Part shown: positions 34,457 through 43,070 of the stretch, one piece after another
Layout of the letters: each line of letters begins with the position of its first letter
Position numbering within the stretch: the stretch's first letter is position 1
Origin: Myxococcota bacterium
GTDB lineage: Bacteria > Myxococcota_A > UBA796 > GCA-2862545
Assembly: GCA_045106515.1 (NCBI GenBank)
Contig: JBGCER010000082.1
Location: 1 to 48,534 of the forward strand
Reading direction: 5' to 3'
DNA: 48,534 nucleotides
Notes under the pieces: generated by a model
What the model was told of the DNA's origin: nothing
Databases searched by the model: none
What the model saw: only the letters and a program-made list of their open reading frames with translations
Made by a program: the position numbers and the translations under genes

Positions 34457-35140
34457 GTGGATGTGATCGAGGGCATGACGACGCTGGCGGAGCGAGTGGC
34501 TCCGACATTGGCGATACCCGTCGCTTCAGCGCTGGTAGTGACGCTGTTGTGGTGGCTGACGGGCTGGAGCTGGTTCGATTTGGGGCCGTGGCCGTGGGCG
34601 ATCGGCGCCCTCGCGGTGATGATCGTGGCAGGGTCGAGGCTATGGCTCGCGGCCGGCCGACGCGCTCGGGCGAACGATGCGGTGACCGAGGTGGGCGCAG
34701 CTCTGGTTGCGCTGGCACATCATGAGCATCCATCCGGCCAACTGGACGATGTGGTGGCGGGCGCTCGACTCTTGCGCGCCCGATGGGGTCGGGACGGGGG
34801 TGGAGACGTGTCCGCGCTGCTGACCGAGTGCGCCCCCAGCGCGCCCCTCGATCGGGTGTGGGCGGCGGTCGGCCGATGCGAAGCCCTGCACGCGGGGGTG
34901 GCGGTTGAGGTGCCCTCCACGGCGCTCACTACGGTGTTCCTCGCAACGCTGCCGGTGGGCCTGGTCACCACGACCGGGTGGTGGACGGTTGCGGCGATCG
35001 CCGGCGTATCACTTGCCTATCTGGCCGTTGAGGCCGTGAGTGATGACCTGTCGCGTCCGCTGGGCGCCGGACGCGGGGCTGTGCCCGTCGATGCTGTCCT
35101 CGAAGCGGTGGAGCTGGCCTTTCCGAGAGCGGAGTCTTGA
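34457..35140 (+). CDS. Membrane protein, hypothetical
   Basis: It has several TM helices. The stop overlaps the start of the next gene (TGATG). The start is uncertain (GTG 34457 or ATG 34475). Confidence 0.45.
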   Translation: MDVIEGMTTLAERVAPTLAIPVASALVVTLLWWLTGWSWFDLGPWPWAIGALAVMIVAGSRLWLAAGRRARANDAVTEVGAALVALAHHEHPSGQLDDVVAGARLLRARWGRDGGGDVSALLTECAPSAPLDRVWAAVGRCEALHAGVAVEVPSTALTTVFLATLPVGLVTTTGWWTVAAIAGVSLAYLAVEAVSDDLSRPLGAGRGAVPVDAVLEAVELAFPRAES

Positions 35141-37974
35141 TGCGTAGCGTGCTGGTGGGCCTGCTCTTGTTGGCCTCGTGCGCCAAGGGGCGGGGCCCCA
35201 AGAATCCGTTCGGCGATCCCGTGGTCGACAGTCAGTTCGACCTTGACCAGACCCTGCCCTTGGCCAGCGACATCCAGACCGGCACACTGGACAATGGATT
35301 ATCCTGGTTTGTGCGACCGAACCCGACGCCGCCGGGTCGGGTTCAGCTCAGGTTGGCGGTCGACGTTGGCAGCGTGCTAGAGGCGGAGAACCAACGAGGA
35401 TACGCCCATATCGTCGAGCATATGGCCTTTAACGGCACCGCGGACTATCCCGGCACCAGCCTGGTGAGCTGGCTCGAAGGCCAAGGCATTCCGTTTGGCG
35501 TGCACATCAACGCGTCCACGGGCATGGATCAGACGGTGTACTCGCTCCAGGTGCCCACCGACGATCCTGCGGTCGTGGACAAGGCGATCGGAGTGCTCGC
35601 GCAGTTCGCGGGTCAGGTCACCTTCGACAAGGTCGAGGCCGATCGCGAGCGAGGGGTGATCATCGAGGAGTGGCGGTCCGGACAGGGCGCCCAATCCGAG
35701 ATGATGGCGAGCGCGATGGGCACTCTCTTCGAGGGGTCTCCCTACGCCGACCGGGCCCCCATCGGCACGGAAGACTCGCTCCGCTCGTACACGGCCGAGG
35801 GTCTGCGCCGCTTCTACGATGACTGGTACCGGCCGGAGCTGATGGGTGTGGTCGTGGTGGGGGACGTGGATACGGAGCGCGTCAAAGCCACGATTGAAAA
35901 GGAGTTTTCCGGACTCGCGAGTCGAGGCGCTGCGCCGGAGCGGATCCGGCCGCTGCTTCCCGAGTTCAAGAAGGCTCGGGCCACCGTGCTGGCTCGAAAA
36001 GACGCGCCGTCCACGGAAGTGAGCATCACCAGCCACATCTACGACGTGGAGGTGTCGACCCTGCGCGGCTATCGCGAGTGGCTCGTAGGGCTGACGGTGC
36101 AAGACGCCGTAGAAGATCGATTGCGAGTGCTAAACCGCGACTCTGAAGGTGCGGTTGTGCGCACCAGTTTGGGGGCGGGTCGCCTCACCCCGCAGGCGTC
36201 GGCATGGTCGGTCTCTGCCGTGTCCCCAAGCCCCGATCGCGCCCTCGACGCTTTGTTTGCGTTGGGGGTTGAGATCGACCGCCTTCGCACCCACGGCATC
36301 TCGGACACCGAGCTCGTTCGGTCGCGGCGTCAGATGCAGACCTACCAAAAGCAGGTCGCGTCTCGGGCGGCCGGCGGGGCCACCCCTTCGGTTGAACTCG
36401 CCGATGAGCTAGTGCGGCACTACCTCACCGATGAGCCAGCCCCCGACTTCGAGAAGATGGCTCGGTTGGCGATTGAGCTGCTCGACGAGGTGACGGTCCA
36501 AGAGGCCAACGCATGGCTGCACACGCACCTGCTGCCTGAGTCCAATCGTGTTGTGCAACTGGTGGTGAATGGCGAGTCAGGCCCAACCCCAGAAGAAGTC
36601 TTGCAAACCTATGAATCTTCGTTCGAGGGGGAGCCGGGCCAGTTCTATGACGTCAACGTCGACCTCCCTTTGGTCACCACGCCCCCGGAGCCGGGGTCCA
36701 TCGTCTCAGAAGAGGCAGTGGACGGGGTCGACGCGGTGCGCTGGACGCTGGAAAACGGCGCGGTGGTGTACTTCAAGCGGCACGAACTGCAGCCCGATCG
36801 GGTGTTGCTCTTCGCGGACTCGCCCGGTGGCTCCGCCTTGGAGGCGCCCCATGCGGCACTTCTGGCCTTGCCCACCGCCCGATCGAGTGGCATGGCCGAT
36901 CACGAGCCGGTGATCGTGGCCAAGATCCTCTCCGGCCGCGACGTCACGGTGGCGGGCTATCTGCGTCCCATGAGCGAGGGCTTCACCGGTGAGGCCGGTG
37001 TGGACGAGATCGAGGCCCTGTTTCAGCTCCCGTGGATGCGTCTGAGTCAGTCCCGCTTTGATCCGGACGCCCTCGTCAGGGCCCGCCGCTACATCGTGCA
37101 GGCGCTGGAACAGCAGCGCAGGGTCCAAGATAATGTGGTGCAGCAGACGGCGTTGGAGGCCTATTGGAATGGCCATCCAGCCTATGCCATGCCCACCAAT
37201 GCTGACCTTGAGGCGGTGACCGCCGAGCAGACCAAAGACGCGCTCCTGGCGCGGTACGCGAGTGTGCACGACTGGACGTTTGTGATCGTGGGAGACACCA
37301 CCAAGGACAAGGTGCGGCCCTTGGTGGAGCGATGGATTGCCTCGCTAAAAGGGGTGGAAGGACCTGATGAAACGCTAGATTCTACCCTGACTCACCCGGA
37401 GGGTGTGGTCACAGAGCGCATCGAGCGGGAGGGCCTGGATCGAGGTTGGGTCATCATGCGCCTGCACCACCCACTGCCTGACATGGCGCCCGAGCGTCGG
37501 GCTCAGCTCGATGCGCTATCGGGCGTCCTGATGGTGCGGCTCCGAGAGGCGCTGCGCGAAGAGTTGGGAGGCACCTATGTTCCCGGCGTCTCCGGCTCGT
37601 TCGAACGCACGCCATCGCCGCGATGGGTCAACACCATCTGGTTCGCCTGCGACCCCGCACGGGTCGATGAGATGCGCGCTGCGGTGTCCAAGGAGCTGAC
37701 GGCACTGCGCGACAATGGCCCCACCGAGGCCGAGGTAGCCACTCAGCTCCAGCTGCGGCGTCGAAACGCAGAAGAGCTGGTTCGAAGTGGGTGGTACTGG
37801 AGTCAGGGGCTGATGGAGGCCGAGCAGACGGGCGTGCCTCTGGACCAATGGTTGGACAATGAAGGCCACACCCAGAGCATCACGACCGATAGCCTCAAGG
37901 CCTTGGCTGCGGTGCACCTCCAAGAAGACAGCGTCGTCGAGGTCTTGCTCGCAGCCCCCGCGTCTGCACCGTGA
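35140..37974 (+). CDS. M16 (pitrilysin/insulinase) family zinc peptidase lipoprotein, double-length PqqL-like
   Basis: The inverted zinc motif is HIVEHMAFNGT (HxxEH). The lipobox is LLLLASC. At 944 aa it spans about four M16 half-domains. Confidence 0.85.
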   Translation: MRSVLVGLLLLASCAKGRGPKNPFGDPVVDSQFDLDQTLPLASDIQTGTLDNGLSWFVRPNPTPPGRVQLRLAVDVGSVLEAENQRGYAHIVEHMAFNGTADYPGTSLVSWLEGQGIPFGVHINASTGMDQTVYSLQVPTDDPAVVDKAIGVLAQFAGQVTFDKVEADRERGVIIEEWRSGQGAQSEMMASAMGTLFEGSPYADRAPIGTEDSLRSYTAEGLRRFYDDWYRPELMGVVVVGDVDTERVKATIEKEFSGLASRGAAPERIRPLLPEFKKARATVLARKDAPSTEVSITSHIYDVEVSTLRGYREWLVGLTVQDAVEDRLRVLNRDSEGAVVRTSLGAGRLTPQASAWSVSAVSPSPDRALDALFALGVEIDRLRTHGISDTELVRSRRQMQTYQKQVASRAAGGATPSVELADELVRHYLTDEPAPDFEKMARLAIELLDEVTVQEANAWLHTHLLPESNRVVQLVVNGESGPTPEEVLQTYESSFEGEPGQFYDVNVDLPLVTTPPEPGSIVSEEAVDGVDAVRWTLENGAVVYFKRHELQPDRVLLFADSPGGSALEAPHAALLALPTARSSGMADHEPVIVAKILSGRDVTVAGYLRPMSEGFTGEAGVDEIEALFQLPWMRLSQSRFDPDALVRARRYIVQALEQQRRVQDNVVQQTALEAYWNGHPAYAMPTNADLEAVTAEQTKDALLARYASVHDWTFVIVGDTTKDKVRPLVERWIASLKGVEGPDETLDSTLTHPEGVVTERIEREGLDRGWVIMRLHHPLPDMAPERRAQLDALSGVLMVRLREALREELGGTYVPGVSGSFERTPSPRWVNTIWFACDPARVDEMRAAVSKELTALRDNGPTEAEVATQLQLRRRNAEELVRSGWYWSQGLMEAEQTGVPLDQWLDNEGHTQSITTDSLKALAAVHLQEDSVVEVLLAAPASAP

Positions 37975-39128
37975 CCACTCTCGGCATGGTGCTCGCCGGC
38001 GGGGCTGCGCGCGGCGCCTGGCAGTCCGGCGTTCTGCGCTATATCGTGGAAGAAATACCGAAAAACCTTGGTTATGTGCCTTGGCCTGCTGTGGTGAGCG
38101 GCAATAGCGTGGGAGCGCTCAACGGGGTGAACGTTGCGGCTCGACACGGGCCTGGGGTGCTGGGCCTGAGTCGGGTCTGGCGTGAGATGCTCATCGAGCA
38201 GGTCTATGATGTTCGGCCAGCAAACTTGGCGACCGCCATCTACAACAGTGTCTGGGCGTCGGGACCCTTCGCCCTACTGGACGCCGATGCCCTGCGTAGG
38301 CTGGTCGATAAGCACTACCCCCACGTTCAGCTTCGCGAAGCCATCGCCTTTGGCGACACCCGCGCCTTCATCGTCTCTGCCACCGAGCTGAACACGGGAA
38401 TCAACACCCTGTTCCTGGACAGCCACGATCCGGCCGTCTGGCTCAAGCCGCTGCCGGGAACCAAGGTTCGACGGGGGCATATTACGGCCGAGCACTGCCT
38501 TGCATCGGCGTCTTTGCCCCTCCTATTCGAGCCCGTCTCGGTCCAGGGACGGCTGCACGTCGACGGTATGCTGCGGCAGAATACGCCGGTTCGTCCTGCG
38601 ATTCAGGCTGGGTGCTCTCATATTTTGGTGATCGGCGTCGAGCGGGCAGGTCACCACAGCCGCACCGCGCCGGCGGCCGAGGTGGTGCCAACCTTCGCCT
38701 TTATCGGCGGTAAGGTGCTCGACGCGGCGCTGATGGACCCGGTCGACCGAGATCTGCGGAACGTCGAGCGGCTCAATGAGCTGGTCCGATGGGGTCGACG
38801 TCGCTTTGGCCCCGAGTTTGAGTCCGCCTTGGAAGCGGAGATGAACGTCCGGGAGGTCAAGGTGCTGCGGATCAACCCGTCCGAAGACCTGTCGGATGTG
38901 GCGCGCAGGGCCTACCATAGCGGTCCATTAAATGCCTCAAACGCCGTTCGCGCCCTTCTGTCGCTGATCGCGGACCCGGCCAATGCCACCGAGTCAGACA
39001 TGCTGTCCTACCTGCTCTTCGATCGCGCCTACACCGGTGCGATCGAGGCGCTTGGCTTCGAGGACGCCCGTCGGCACGAAGAGGTGCTGGTGCGCTTCAT
39101 GAGCGATGCGACGCCGGCACCCGAATAA
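37971..39128 (+). CDS. Patatin-like phospholipase
   Basis: GGAARGAW forms the oxyanion hole, GNSVGALN is the GxSxG Ser motif, and DGMLRQN carries the catalytic Asp (DG). The GTG start overlaps the M16 stop (GTGA). Confidence 0.8.
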   Translation: MTTLGMVLAGGAARGAWQSGVLRYIVEEIPKNLGYVPWPAVVSGNSVGALNGVNVAARHGPGVLGLSRVWREMLIEQVYDVRPANLATAIYNSVWASGPFALLDADALRRLVDKHYPHVQLREAIAFGDTRAFIVSATELNTGINTLFLDSHDPAVWLKPLPGTKVRRGHITAEHCLASASLPLLFEPVSVQGRLHVDGMLRQNTPVRPAIQAGCSHILVIGVERAGHHSRTAPAAEVVPTFAFIGGKVLDAALMDPVDRDLRNVERLNELVRWGRRRFGPEFESALEAEMNVREVKVLRINPSEDLSDVARRAYHSGPLNASNAVRALLSLIADPANATESDMLSYLLFDRAYTGAIEALGFEDARRHEEVLVRFMSDATPAPE

Positions 39129-39142
39129 GGAAGGAAATCGGC

Positions 39143-41491
39143 TCAGTCTCGGCCGATCACGCTCTCCGCCCGCTGGGCGTCTGCGGCTCGGCCTTGGCCC
39201 TGGTACCAACCGATCAGCGCGGCCTCCAGGGTTCGCTGGCAGTCGGCGGAGGTGCTGGGGCAGAGCTGGCGCACACGCTGAACGGCGGTCGCGGCGTCGG
39301 GGGCGGTTCGGGCCACCCGCATGAACGCGGGAGATAGGCGGTCCCACAGACCCAGCTCCGGGGCGGCGTCGACGCGCAGCACGGCCTGTTGTTCGGCGAA
39401 CAGGTTTTGGTCCTCGTACCAGTCGGCGAGCAGCGCCCGTGCGTCGGCGGCGCAGCTCTCTCCTTGGTTGGTGCACACGGACTCGATGCGGGCCAAAGCC
39501 GGCCCTGAGGCCACCTGATCGAGCGTGAGGTCGACCAGCGCTTCGAAGGCCACAGGCTCGACCCGGCGACTGGTGAGCACGCCGAGGTCCGAGAGCACGA
39601 TGGCATCTCGGTGCTGATCGGCCGCTCGAAAGAAGACCTCTACGGCCACTCGTGCGCTGTTGAAGCAGTCCACGGTGAGGGTGTCGCAGGTGCTGAGCAG
39701 CGCTCGAAGCACCTCTCGTGCAGGCTTGGCGGCCCGAACGCTCCGCTGCAGGGCCTCGCGCTGAGCGTGGGGTAGCGGCATTTCTGGTAGGGCGCCCAGG
39801 GCAATAAGCCAGGAAGCACTGGAGTCTTGGCCGATGGCGGCGTAGTAGCCCACCAAGATTTCAGACAGCTCCGCCTCGCAGATGGCGTCGTTGTCGCACA
39901 GGGGTTCGAGCTCCGAGAGCATCGTGGCGGCATTGGCGCGCTCGGCCACGAGTTGCTGGGACAAGATCTCGGCGTCGGGAGGGCCGGGCACCGGAAGGCC
40001 CTGCTCGACGAAGGTGAGCCAGGCGGCGTCGTTGAGCCGCGAGAGGCGACCCCACACGATGCGCAGGTGCTGTCGGACCCGCTTGGGGCAGCGACGATCG
40101 CTATCGGCGCACAGGGCCAGCATCTGGCTCAGCTCAACGCGGGGAGCTTGCGGTTTGTAGGCGATCTGAGCCACTAAGCGGTGGGCCGCAGGCAGGCGCG
40201 GCAGACGGGGCAGCCGCACGTAGTCCGTCAGCCACAACCCATCGGGATCCCCCGCCAGCTCGTAGAATGACGACAAAGAAAAAGCGAGTTCTGCCCTGCA
40301 CATGTCGTCGTCGGCCCCGCAGACGGCTTCGACCTCGGTCAGCAAGGTCATGCTGTCGGTGTCGCCCAGCATCAGCCCGACGAGGCGCTGACGCATGGCC
40401 AGGTCCGTGGCGACGGGCGGGGTGGCGTCGACCGTGTGCAGCCAGGCATCTGAGCGCAGGTCGCCTAGGGCGTGGAAGGTGTCGGCGGCGCTGGAGCGCA
40501 GGTCTCGTGCGCACGCCTCATCTTGGGCGGCGCACGCTTGGTGCATCCAAGGGATGAGTTCGTCTAAACCCTGCTCAGTGGCCTTATGGTTGGCCAATGC
40601 GGCCCGGCTCGCGTCGGACAACATCTGCTGGAGGGCACCTTCGTCGGGTTGCTCCACCAGGTCTTCGAGCAGCTGTCGCGCGGTGTCCGCTTCGCCTTGG
40701 AGCGCGTGAATGCTCGCCAGCCGGTATCGGGCGTAGTTGGAGAGCTCAGGGTCGCGGTTGTTGCGAACGAGGCGGTACGCCGTGCGCGCCTTATCCAGGT
40801 TTCCACGTTCGAAATGGTGGTCCCCCACAGCCAGCTTTGCCATCTCTACGTAGGGGGTGCCGCGGTAGGTGCGGATGACCTTCACCACGTCGTCAAAGCC
40901 ATCATCCTTGCCGAGCCGGCGCAGTAGGACGGCGGTGAGCAGCGTGAGTCGGCCATCGGCGTCGACGGCATCGGGAGCGGATCTCACGGCCTCATTGTAG
41001 TGGCGCAAGGCGAACTCAAGCTGGAGCCAGGCCGGTGTGGTGCGCAGAGGGACCCGCCATGGATCGGCGGCGTCTTCGGCGAGGACCAAGCGGGCTTCGT
41101 CGCGGAACAGGTCCCCCAACTCGGTCAGCGCGAGCGCTCGCTCTCGATCGCTGAGTCCGCCGGTGTCCAGAGCTTTGCGCAAGCGAGACCGTCGGGTTTT
41201 GAGATCATCGCGACTCTGCGCCGGGGCGCGGTCGGCGTCTCCCGAGGTGGTCATGGTCTCCCATGGCACCAGGCTCGGGTCTTGGCTCCATCGCACTGGC
41301 TCTGAGGCCATTGCTGGGAAGACAAGGAGGAACGTCGCTAAAAAGCCCAAGATCACCGGCACAAACACCTCGGCCGCGGCGAGCGGTACTTCGGAATCTA
41401 GCCTCCGAACTCGCCGGCTGCTGGGTTGGATGCCAAGAGGTGGGACCTGTTCCTGAATTAAGTGGCGGGTTTTGGTTGGCTCGGTGAACAT
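39143..41491 (-). CDS. Large exported/anchored protein: N-terminal TPR-like region plus seven ~71-aa Cys-pair tandem repeats; hypothetical
   Basis: The hydrophobic segment VPVILGFLATFLLVFPAMA is present. TPR-like helices include GNLDKARTAYRLV and YARYRLASIHALQGE. The C-terminal repeats are described in the findings. The start is uncertain (ATG 41491 or a downstream GTG). The rest of the 1205-aa track ORF is antisense shadow. Confidence 0.6.
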   Translation of the reverse strand: MFTEPTKTRHLIQEQVPPLGIQPSSRRVRRLDSEVPLAAAEVFVPVILGFLATFLLVFPAMASEPVRWSQDPSLVPWETMTTSGDADRAPAQSRDDLKTRRSRLRKALDTGGLSDRERALALTELGDLFRDEARLVLAEDAADPWRVPLRTTPAWLQLEFALRHYNEAVRSAPDAVDADGRLTLLTAVLLRRLGKDDGFDDVVKVIRTYRGTPYVEMAKLAVGDHHFERGNLDKARTAYRLVRNNRDPELSNYARYRLASIHALQGEADTARQLLEDLVEQPDEGALQQMLSDASRAALANHKATEQGLDELIPWMHQACAAQDEACARDLRSSAADTFHALGDLRSDAWLHTVDATPPVATDLAMRQRLVGLMLGDTDSMTLLTEVEAVCGADDDMCRAELAFSLSSFYELAGDPDGLWLTDYVRLPRLPRLPAAHRLVAQIAYKPQAPRVELSQMLALCADSDRRCPKRVRQHLRIVWGRLSRLNDAAWLTFVEQGLPVPGPPDAEILSQQLVAERANAATMLSELEPLCDNDAICEAELSEILVGYYAAIGQDSSASWLIALGALPEMPLPHAQREALQRSVRAAKPAREVLRALLSTCDTLTVDCFNSARVAVEVFFRAADQHRDAIVLSDLGVLTSRRVEPVAFEALVDLTLDQVASGPALARIESVCTNQGESCAADARALLADWYEDQNLFAEQQAVLRVDAAPELGLWDRLSPAFMRVARTAPDAATAVQRVRQLCPSTSADCQRTLEAALIGWYQGQGRAADAQRAESVIGRD

Positions 41492-41515
41492 GCCCGCAAC
41501 TCGGAGAGGTCTACA

Positions 41516-43003
41516 ATGATTTGGGTACCCGTTTCCTCTTGGCTGCGGCCGTTGGTGTTGACTCTGCCCTTGGCGCTGGCCATGGCGTGTGCCGGAGACG
41601 ACGGCTCCGATCCGACGGATAGCGACACCGATACCGACGTCGCATTGGTCGATGCGGACGGTGATGGGTTCACCGATGATGTCGACTGCGACGACAACAA
41701 TCCAGACATCAACCCCGAAGCCACCGAAGACGACTGCGAAGATCCGATCGACTACAACTGCGATGGAGAGACGCCCCTGTACGCCGACGCCGATGGTGAT
41801 GGATTCGCCGAGTGCGTGGATTGTCGCGATACCAATCCGGATATCAACCCCGACGCGGCTGAGATCTGCGATGGCTTGGACAATGACTGCGACGAGGCGG
41901 TCGACGCCGCGGACGACTCCATCACGGATGCGCAGACCTACTACCGCGACGGCGACAGCGACGGGTTCGGCAACGCGACCGACACCATCGACGCTTGCCG
42001 CGCGCCCACCGGGTACACCGACGACAACACGGACTGCGACGACACACTCATGACGGTCAATCCCGAAGCGGATGAAGTCTGTGACACCGTCGACAACGAC
42101 TGCGATGACAAGGTCGACGACGAGGATGATGACATTGTCGACCAGTCCACCTGGTTCGCGGATGTGGACGAGGATTCCCTGGGCGACGCAAACACGATGT
42201 TGTTGGCCTGCTTCGCCCCTGATGGGTACATCGACAACGACCTGGACTGCGATGACGCTGACGCCGAGTCTGGCGAAGCCACGCCGTGGTTCTCCGACTC
42301 CGACGGAGACGGCTACGGTGCGAAGGCCTCCCGCTTGGTCGAGTGCGAACAGCCCAAGGGCTACGTCATCGACGACACCGACTGCGACGATACGGACACC
42401 GCCGTCAACCCGGCCGCGACCGAGGTCTGCGACCGGATCGACAATGACTGCGACTCCGACGTCGACGATGACGACAGCTTCGTCTCGGGCACCACAGACT
42501 GGTTCCCCGACACCGACGAAGACGAGTATGGCGATGAAGATGCCACTCCCACCGCCGCGTGCGTGGCGCCCAAGGGCTACACCGCCGACGACACGGACTG
42601 CGACGACTCCAAGGCTGTCGTGCACCCCGGTCGGTTTGACTTTGACGATGACATCGACAATGACTGCGACGGCAGCACCGACGAAGACGTGGGCTCCGAG
42701 ACCTACACTCACGACTCCGACATCCAGAGCATCTGGAATAGCAAATGCACAGGCTGCCACGGCTCGTCGGGTGGTCTCTCATTGACCTCGGCACACTCCA
42801 AGATCGTCGGTTCGTCGTCGACCCTGTCGGGCATGGACCAGATCGAGCCGGGCGACTTGGACAATAGTTACCTGTGGCTCAAGCTTGAAGGCACGCACTC
42901 TGCGGCCGGCGGCAGTGGCGCCAAGATGCCCCGCTCCGGCTCCATGACCACCGCGGAGCTGGACAAGATCGAGACCTGGATCCTCGAAGGTGCCGTGAAG
43001 TAG
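41516..43003 (+). CDS. Lipoprotein with ~6 MopE-type putative metal-binding repeats (DCDD...NP...E.CD..DNDCD) and a C-terminal planctomycete-type cytochrome c (PSCyt1-like, CxxCH) domain
   Basis: The signal is LTLPLALAMAC, with GGAGAGG 6 nt before the ATG at 41516. Repeats include DCDDNNPDINPEA, CDGLDNDCDE, CDTVDNDCDD, CDRIDNDCDS and IDNDCDG. The C-terminus reads IWNSKCTGCHGSSGGLSL...MPRSGSMTTAELDKIETWILEGA. Confidence 0.8.
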   Translation: MIWVPVSSWLRPLVLTLPLALAMACAGDDGSDPTDSDTDTDVALVDADGDGFTDDVDCDDNNPDINPEATEDDCEDPIDYNCDGETPLYADADGDGFAECVDCRDTNPDINPDAAEICDGLDNDCDEAVDAADDSITDAQTYYRDGDSDGFGNATDTIDACRAPTGYTDDNTDCDDTLMTVNPEADEVCDTVDNDCDDKVDDEDDDIVDQSTWFADVDEDSLGDANTMLLACFAPDGYIDNDLDCDDADAESGEATPWFSDSDGDGYGAKASRLVECEQPKGYVIDDTDCDDTDTAVNPAATEVCDRIDNDCDSDVDDDDSFVSGTTDWFPDTDEDEYGDEDATPTAACVAPKGYTADDTDCDDSKAVVHPGRFDFDDDIDNDCDGSTDEDVGSETYTHDSDIQSIWNSKCTGCHGSSGGLSLTSAHSKIVGSSSTLSGMDQIEPGDLDNSYLWLKLEGTHSAAGGSGAKMPRSGSMTTAELDKIETWILEGAVK

Positions 43004-43010
43004 ACCGGGC

Positions 43011-43031
43011 GGATCGACGCCATGTCGATCC
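43011..43031 (+). terminator. Perfect 8-bp hairpin after the MopE/cytochrome gene (weak terminator candidate)
   Basis: The hairpin is ggatcgac-gccat-gtcgatcc. It is followed by only ttc, so there is no real U-tract. Confidence 0.3.
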
Positions 43032-43070
43032 TTCGCCCGCGTCAGGCCCGTCGCGCGCTAGAGTGCGGCC

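Noticed and set aside
37971-39128. Patatin-like lipase considered as a CBASS (CapV-like) effector.
   Set aside because: No CD-NTase/cyclase, E1/E2-like or other CBASS gene is adjacent. It is translationally coupled to an M16 peptidase instead.
39143-42760. A 1205-aa minus-strand ORF, the longest in the track.
   Set aside because: Only the part from about 41491 downward looks like a real protein. The 41492-42760 portion is Val/Ile/Gly/Asp-rich (VVVD, AVIVD) because it is the antisense of GAC/GAT-rich codons in the plus-strand MopE-repeat gene. That plus-strand gene has a signal peptide, an RBS and recognisable domains.
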